A stretch of 63,339 nucleotides of DNA, the filler included. It is 3 parts of 3 records of this genome, joined end to end, with 100 filler letters (N's around TTAATTAATTAA, not from the genome) between each part and the next. Parts side by side here need not be neighbours in the genome. Positions count along the whole stretch, not along the records: positions 1 to 31,718 come from SRR2962707_667; 2 more parts are not named here. One strand, given 5' to 3'. Numbering within the stretch: the first letter of the stretch is position 1; every line of letters begins with the position of its first letter. The notes under the pieces are model-generated. The model did no database searches. It was not told the origin of the DNA and worked only from the letters and a program-made list of their open reading frames with translations. This document shows positions 11,301 through 20,300 of this stretch, piece by piece. The position numbers were made by a program, and so were the translations under genes.

Positions 11301-14300
11301 GCGTAATGCAGCTCGGCTTGAGCGCAAGTTACGCTCCTTGAATGCCAATACAACAGCAAACCAGAAAGGGCTATTCCAGTCTGGCGGGATCGACATGCTC
11401 AATGCCATCGGCGATCGGGCTGCGGCAACCGTGATGGAAAATAATCCAGCGATCCATCGTCGGTTTGGTTTTCCCCTTAAACTGGCCTCTGGCGCCCGCG
11501 GCCTCGAGACCGATGGGGCTGCCCGCAAAGTGACGGGCCGAATGATCATGTTGCCTGTCGCGCTGCAAGAGAAACTCTATGGCGAATTCGAAACCGAATT
11601 TCGTGCCGAGCAGGAAAAAGCCGAGCGTATGGGTCTCATCCGTGATGAAGCGCGGGTGCATGATTTGGATGCGAGGGAACTTTCGCGCGCACAGCTGACA
11701 AAGTCGGTAAGGGCCGAATCACCCTTCGGCGGACCTGTCCACATCAAGCAGATGAATGTCCGCAACACCGAAAAGCCCTATCCGTTCGCCCGGGTTCTTG
11801 CCGAGATCAACAAGAGCCTAGGATTGGGTGACGGAACCGTTCTTTCTGACACGCAGAGCAACGGTCGGGAGCACGCCAAAGCACTCAAGGAGCGGGCCAA
11901 GGAACAGTTTGAACGCTACAGGTCCGCCTCGGTAGAACGGGCCAGCTCTCGAAACAAGCAATCAGTTGAAACGCGATTGACGGGTGACTTTGAGAGATTT
12001 ACCAAACTCGTCGATAACTTCCCTGTTGGCCGTTCAGTCCTTCTCAAAACACCTGACGGCAAAGATATATACGGGGTTGTCGCCGGACTGTCCAAACGTG
12101 GCGGTTCCGTCAATCCGGTAGCGCCGGCCGCCTGGACAATCAAAATGTTTGTCGCCGATGGTGCCAAGGAAATTGAACTGAGGCTCAATGAACTGGCGTT
12201 GCCCGGCGAAAAGCCAATGTCAAAGGACTATACTTTGATCAAGGCTGACAAAGCCGCAATTGATGTAGAGGGCACACTGGAAGTGCGCCCGATTGCAGAA
12301 GCCTTTGACCGGCCCTCAAAAAACGATCGTGAAGAACGTCTTGTTGCCACAGGCAACATTCTGGCTGCAGCGGACCAGTTCCGAAAAGCCAATGTCATGT
12401 ATTTCACGACAACCCAGGGCACCATCGAGGCAGGTTTATTGCTGCCCCGTGATGCAACACTTCAAGAGGTTCTTGGACGGGCCGAAGTCATCCTAAGCAA
12501 ACCCGAACATGTCCAAAAATACCTTGAGGCCAAGGGCACGGCCGTCACGGCCGACAATGCGCTGTCAATCGTCAAGCGAAAGGACACTATCGAACTTCGC
12601 GCCAGTCGAGCCAGATCAGCGGGCGGGAAATACTGGCTTGATAAGGACATCCGTGGCCTTACAGGAGATTTTGTCTCAAGCGGAACATCAATGGTCGCTG
12701 AGATAAAGCCTGCCCAATTGTCATCTCTTCTTTCCCTGATGGAAGGCAAGAGAATGACCCTCAAGGCATCTGATATACTTGATGATGCGCGAGAAATTGT
12801 TGGCGCTCAGGTTCCTGAAATGGTCAAACGAGGTCCTCCAAAACATTCATCTGCCAAACCGATGGATCGGTTTGTCATGCCATGGGAACTCCGCGGCGAG
12901 GAAGCTGCCCCCTTTGCTGCCGGTATTCAATTCTCTACCGGGCGTCCTGTCGCATTACGCGAAGAGGAGGCTGGAGCTTTGGTTCCTGTCAACCATCAGG
13001 GCGCACCAGGACCACAGGCGGACGGCTCACGTATTCATCGCGTGCTTGATGTTCCAGATTATGTTTCAGCAGACCAACTGCTTGCAAAAATGCATCTGGA
13101 TGGAGAACAGGGAAAATATGTCCATCGCTTCAGCAATGTCTTCTATTCAACCGGCAGCAATGACACCGGTCTGACCGTCTATAACGACGACGAAGTCAAA
13201 GATCTTCCCCCACACCACGACTATGAGACGTGGCAAATGCGTCGGGGTGCGGCGCCGAATGGCTGGGACACCGTTGACGTTCCCTTGCTGTCGCCCAATG
13301 GGCCGGTCAGGTATCCGGGCTTTGTCCATCCCGAAGCACCAGGTTTGGCAGTTGTCCCCTTCCCTCGCCCGGGGCTGCGTCCAGGGACTTATGACAGGGA
13401 TGCCTTACGCTTTGTTGTTCTTCATAAGGAGAGCGGGCAAGCGCTGCTCCCAGGCAACCGGTTCATGTACACTGCCAATGGTGCGGCAAAAGCCGCGCTG
13501 ACGATGGCAAACGCCTTTGATTTTAAAAATCTTCAAGCTCCGGACGATATGAGCCGGGCAGAGCGGGCACATGCCAACAAAGTTGTCGACGACAGCTACG
13601 AGAACGCAAGGAGCACTGACCGGGACGCTTACATTGAGTTCAATCTCAACCAGGGTGTCACAGCGGAGTTTCGAGAGTCCGACCTCTACTGGCTAGTTGT
13701 CGATAACGCAGCTGATCCTGACATCGATCTTGCCGCTGAGATGTCGCAGACGTCCGGGTGTTTTTATCTCTACCCGGATCGCGACACGGCGATCGATATC
13801 GGCATGGAAGATGCAGCACCTGTTCGGGCGAAATTGCGCAACATTGCAGATCTTACGCAAGAACCATGGTCAGCGGATGTTCAGGAGATAACCAGGGCCT
13901 TTTTCGATCAACACGTCGACATGCTTAAGATGGGTCTGTCGACGACCTATTTCGAGCGCGGGTCGGAATTCGAGGAAGTCGAGCGGCGCGTTGAGGCCGG
14001 TGAAGATGAAGATGCGGTCCTGAACGAGTTTGTTGAACGCCGCTTAAGTGAATTTGACTACGCTGCCTTCGAAGAAGCAATCCGTCGGCAAGACTATACC
14101 TCAGCCGGCGCTTATGATGGAGATCTCAAAGATGCCCTCATGGGCTGGCTGTCAGACAAATTCGACGGTGTTAAACTTTGGGAACCGTTTGAATACGATC
14201 AGACGGAACTTGTCATCTTCAATGCCCGCGATGTCGAACTGGCCTGGGATCAACTTACTACCTCTATTGAACTGGCTCGCGCCCAAAAGGCAGAACAGGA

Positions 14301-17300
14301 AGCCCGGCGCGAAGAATGGCAAAAACAACGCAGTGAAGATGAAGTTGCGCGGCTTGCGCAATGGCGCCTGGATGAAACCGAAAGCTTTGACCTGGCGGTT
14401 CTTCAAGAACGCGGGTTTAACGTCAATGATATCCATTGGCTCTCTGTTCCAAACAAAGAGTATCCGGAACTTGATCAAGCCTACGCCGGGGTGAACCCTG
14501 TCCTGTTCACCCGTAGAACCGACGCAGAAAGTCTTGGTCGCTTTGATGAAGCAATCCCGGTCTATCTGCGCCGCGGTCAAGGTGTTGATCTAACAAGCGA
14601 CAACGCCAGTGCGCGGGCCTTTATCGAGCAGCTTTCACAAATCCCGGGTTTAGATACGGCCGGTCTAGCAAATCTTCCGGGCGGCGACATCGGGCCGCTT
14701 GCCCAGGCTGCCACCGATCTCGCTCGGGCCAAAGGTCTGGATTACATCCAGTTCCTTGATGAAGGTACCAAGCGGTCTGTGTTGAGCGATACGTCAGACA
14801 TTTCAGTAGCCTGGGATGCGATCGAACGCAAAAGCATTCACCGTCGTTCAAGTGACACGATGGTCGGCCCTGCACTTGCAGCAGCCAAGCAGGCTGCGGC
14901 ACTGGCTGCCCCTCGCTTGCTGCTGACAGGACCTGAAGGTCGGGCAGATGCCGAAATGGCCGCGCGGTCTACCAGCATTTTCCTCCAGGCAGATGAAGTC
15001 CGCCGCTTGGCCGGAAATGACGCTTTACTGATCTTTGTTGAGAACGACACAGCTCAACTGTTCGATCGCGATGCCAAGCGCGCGCACCAGATGATCGACG
15101 GATTGCCGCTCGTCGAGATTGGCGACATTGCCGAAATGGAGTTGCCGGCACGTGACGCAAATTCTGTTGCAGAACAGCTCGCACCAAAACATCGGGTGGT
15201 CATTGCCAGGCTCGACGAAAACGGCCAGATCGTTCTGGAAAACTTTGTCGGCAACCATGTTGAGCTCGAAACACTCACAGCCGAAGATGCCGACGATCCA
15301 ACTGTCCGGGCAGAACGCGAGAAAAAGCGCGCCCGTCAACGTGCCGGCACTTGGGCGGAAAAACCAATTGCTGATCGATATGCCGATGTTCATCTTGCAG
15401 CACGTAATCGCGAAGTTCCGGCCCTTGTTGATGGCGATCGATATGTGATCGCCGGGCTGCTCGCGCGCCAACTCAGTGATGAAGTCCCTCTTCTCAAAGA
15501 GAACCTTCAGAGCGACGGAGAACTGACCTGGTTTAGCCAAAAGGATCTGGCGACGGTCACATCCTCACTGGCAGCTCTTGATAAGCGATTAATGCTGGCT
15601 GAAGGCCTGAGCCGTGCGACATGGCGCCAATCGCGTGTCGGGGCGGCACAGGAAAGCCAGACACGTGAAGAAGTGACGGCTCAAAGCGCTATTGAACAGC
15701 ATGCCGAGCTCGCAAATCGTCATCCCGACCGGGTGGTCTTTGTTGAGGATGGTGAAGGCTTTCGAACTTTCTCGGACAATGTGCAGACAATCGCCAAGAT
15801 TGATCCGCATCTGACCAGCAAGTTCGAGAAAGTGCATGACACGCCCTCTATCGCGCTTACGCGTGACGAGATGGACTACCAGGCCAAGCAAATGTCTCAA
15901 CGTGGGTTGCATGTCACGATTGCAGAACGGGCTCAGGACGGTTCTGTTTCCCTTCGCAACTTTGACCCTATGACAGAAGTTGTAAACGAAAGCGACGTTA
16001 CGAGTGCAATTAGCGGCCAAAATAAGGAAGCTGTAACATCCGAGCGCAAGCATACCTTAACAGAACAGGACCGCGAAGCGGCCAGCTCGACTGCTACCGC
16101 AAACGCCCTGCACGATGTCGTTCGGAGTTTTGATGAACAGAAAAGCATTAACCGCGAAGCCGTGCATCTGATTGAGCACGGCGATGGATATGTGCTGTTT
16201 GATGGCGATGCCCGTTTGGTCGCCCGTCACTTTGAACCCGTTCGCAATCGTCTGGAATATTTTACCGACAGCATGGAGCGAACCCGCATTGTTGGGCACC
16301 TCAGCGCGAATGTACTGGAGCGAGCCATTGAGCAGCTGCGCAATCGCTCTGTCGACCTGGTTGTCATGAAACGGGGGGGTGACGGATTTCTTGCCGAGGC
16401 ACATGGGGCAACACGCCACCAACCGGAATACCCTGCGGTCCAGAAAGACGCCGCGGCGAGACGTGGTTTCGATCTTTCAAAGAAATCCTATGCCCCTGTC
16501 AGCGGTTCCGGAGCGTTCATGGGCAAGCCCCTTGTTGATGGCGTTGCTTTTTATTCAGATCCGGTCGCGGCGGGCAGCAATCAGATTGAAGTCCATACAC
16601 GGGTCAAGAACCCGGCACGCCTGAACAGTACGGATTTAAACAGCTTTGGCTGGCGGGCGCCTCTTCAGAAGATGGTCGACAACCTGAAACAAGCCTATGG
16701 CATTGAAAGTGCCGAACAGCTGAAGCAAATCCTATCAGATGGACGGATGGTCAGCTGGTGGACTGATCGCTTAAGCGAAATGGCCATCGGTGGGGATCCG
16801 ATGGATCTGCAACGCAGTGTCTTTAACGAATTGCGCAAACTAGGCCATGACGGGGCGATTATGATTGATCCCGATGGCTATGAAGTGAATTACGCATTTG
16901 ATCCTGAGGCAATCCTCCCCGCCCAGACGGTCCAAGCTGTCTCGGTGACACAGCAGCAGACGGCGAACATCCCGCGTAGCGCTCAGTCTGCCGGCATGCC
17001 TAACACAATTGGACAGTCTGCGGCTCCCTTCACACCAAACCGCTTTGGGCTTGAGGGGTTACAAGTTTCGGTACAAGCCGCACCGCAAAGTCGCGAGGAA
17101 CTTAAAAGTGCGCTTGATGAGATCACCCGTGCGTTTGACACCGACGGCGGTACCGCTGACAAGCGTGCAGCTTACCTTCGTGAGGTGGGTTTGCTTAATG
17201 TCAGTCTTGCCGGGCGGATAAGTCGCTATACGGAAGATATCTATCCAATTTTACCAGGCTATGTGATCTATCCGGGTGACAATGGTAAGTGGGTCTATGC

Positions 17301-20300
17301 CTCGGTGAGAGACTTTGTTTCAGCCACAGGACCAACGGGAAATCTATATGGTCGCTGGGCACCTGAAATGTCGGATCAGATTTCTGACTATGCAGCTTTT
17401 TATCTGAACCAGCTTGATGCAGCTTTTGAGCCTCAACTTGCCCGGGTTAAGGAAGAGCTGACCGATATGGTATCGGAAATTAATCCGGATGTTGATTTGC
17501 GTTTTGTCGAACGCCTTTTTGCCGATGGTACGGTAGAAGGCAGCCCTGACCGCAGGCCAGTGCTCGGCCTTTACTTCCGACACACAGATGCCATGCCTAT
17601 TTCAACTGACATCAGCAAAGGTGATCCCAGGGTTACGGGCCTGCATGAGCTCTATCACTCCCTTTCTCCATTGCTGAACCCTGAGGAGCACAGAGTAGTG
17701 TCCGCTGGCTTTGGCGGGGAAGAGAAAGCTGCGGAGGCATTTGCTCACTGGGCTATGGGAACTGCGGAAGGGCGTCGTCTTGGCCCAATCCAAAATCTGT
17801 ATCAAAGGATGAATAACATTTTGCACGGAAACGGCTTCCGCTCCTGGCAGGATGTATTTCAGGCCGCGCGGGTGGGAGAAGTTGCTGGCCGGGCAAAAGT
17901 TCTTGAAATGTCGTCAGATATCGAGATTGCAACGGCTCAAAAGTTGGCGAATGCCGCGAACCTGCCTGCGCTGGGTGAAGCCGTATCACGGTATGGAGCA
18001 AGACTTGAGGGTAAAACGATTCCAATGGAGACGCTTTACCAGTTGCTGGCCGGTCATCTGGATGATCTTGAAATCACCCAGGCTGTGAGAAAAGCCGGGT
18101 TCCATCGGATCAATGACGATCAGAGTATTTCGACAATTCCTGCTACACGCCATGCGACCATCGAAATGGATCTGGCAAGACACCGCAAGTTAACACCGAT
18201 CGATATCGGCTCAAACGACCCTCACATTGCTCGTCGCATCTCCCAGACCACGCAAGCTCAAGCGCGACGTGTAAATGCATCCGTGCATCCTTCACCTTCA
18301 ATTCAACGCCGTGCGGACCGCCCTCATGTTATTCGTTACAAGGCTGTGGATGGCGAAATCTTGCAAAACAACATTCCAGCGCGTACATCTAGTAACGCTC
18401 CAGTTCGATCCATGATAAAAGACATTGTGTTGCAAGAGAGATATGGACTTCCCACATTGAAGTCATCAGAATATTTGCAACGTAACCCTTTTATTGCTAG
18501 ATACGGTGACACTGGAATGAGTGAACAGGTAGCAGGACAGGAAATCCAGATTCCAATGGCAACACGTGGCTCTGCCGATATTATCGATGAGACAGCACGT
18601 CCGGTGTACATCCTGCCGGACGATATGGATCGTCTCGTTGATGCTGGAATTGTCGGTGAAGGTGATAAAGGCCTTCTTTTTGATGCGACATCAGGGGCAT
18701 ATTATGTTGCTCTGAGCCATCCTTCGATTGATCATCTGCTCGAGAATTTTGGCACGGTCCAAGCCCAGCAGCTATGGTCCAGACATAAGCAAGATCAGGC
18801 AGAAGTTTTTTCGCAGGTCGCCAAAGAATTCTCAACGATCGCCTATCCAGTGCCCGAAACTGAACGTGTATATGTCTTTCCAATCGGGGCCAGCGAAGTC
18901 CAGATGGCGCGATCCAAGGGGGCTCAATTTGATGACCGTCCAGATTTTCGGATCTATTACATTGACCGCAATTCCGAAAACGCCCAGAACCTTATCGACC
19001 GTTTTGGCCCGACTGGCGAGCGGATAGACCGTTACAAGGATTGGCGCAAGGAACAATTCGGCGAGAATATCCAGCGTCGTTCTGTTGCCATTTCAGACAG
19101 TGCCGCTATGGACGGTGAATTGGGGCACGATGCGGTTAAACAGATCGGGCGTTCAGCTGTGTTCAGCGCCGGCTTGGGGGGTGCAATTGCTGCATCAACT
19201 CAGGTCGCTGCCAGCACGCCAACCCCTTCAGCATCTGTCCTCAGTGCAACTGCGCCTGAAGAAGGCTCAATCGAAATGATGTTTGAGCGTCTGGGAACGG
19301 CTGAGTGGCGTGAAATCATTGATAAGAGTTCACTTGCAAACTCTGCTGCGGAGGTTTGGTCCTCACTGTCATCGACAACTCAAGAGGCGCTTAGCCGGGC
19401 AGGCATTGCAGGCGAGCGGGCAAGCCATCAGTTCGCTGAGGCCTTTGCCGACATTGGCAATAGTCTGGCACAATATTCGACGCTTACGGAACGGGTTACC
19501 TCTTCGGGTTCACTGGATGAAGCACGGGCACATATTGTTTCGTTCTTCGCCAATGGCCAGCAGAATATCGACGCTGGCAACTTCTTTGAAGCCTTGATCC
19601 AGAGCGAAGAACCGATTGAGCGCCTTGAGACCCTGAAGGCCGTCGCATATAACACCGGAAACTCAATTAAGGATTGGGCTTCTGACAGCTTGGGGTCGAT
19701 CACTTCAGGTGATTTTCCCGACGTGCAAGAATTTGCTCCAGGTCTTTCTGAATTGCGGACCTCGACTGTTGAAAGCGCCCTGCCACATATGAAGGCGCAG
19801 ATTGCGTCAACATTTGACGGATGGGTTCAGACGGCAAAAGAAGTGAGCAAGCCTGCCGTCGATGTGATGCGCGAAGCGATTGGTCCAAAAGTAACAGCGG
19901 CCGTTTCTGCGATCGGTGGGACAGCTGGGCTAACAGCAATTGCGGGTGCAGCGGCATCTGCAGGTGCGGTTGGTGCCGGTGTGGCGGCTTCCGTCTACAT
20001 GGCGCGTCGCAACGAACGCCGAAAAATCTGGGCTGAAGACTCCAGGGATATGCCCTGGAAGCTGACATCCAAACAGTTCGGCCAGGTTGCCAAGAAGCAT
20101 TACAGCATTGCGCGCTCCGAAGCCGACGGTATCGACCGGATCAGTATCACGCGGAAAAGCGATGGCCAGAAGGTATATGAGGCTGCCGCACCAATTGGTG
20201 GCAAGCTTTCTGCCCGCGAAGCTGTTGCGGCTGCCCATGCTTCGCTTGTTGATAAAGCGATCTCCAGCAACCTGCCTGTACCGGATGCCGTGAAGATAAG

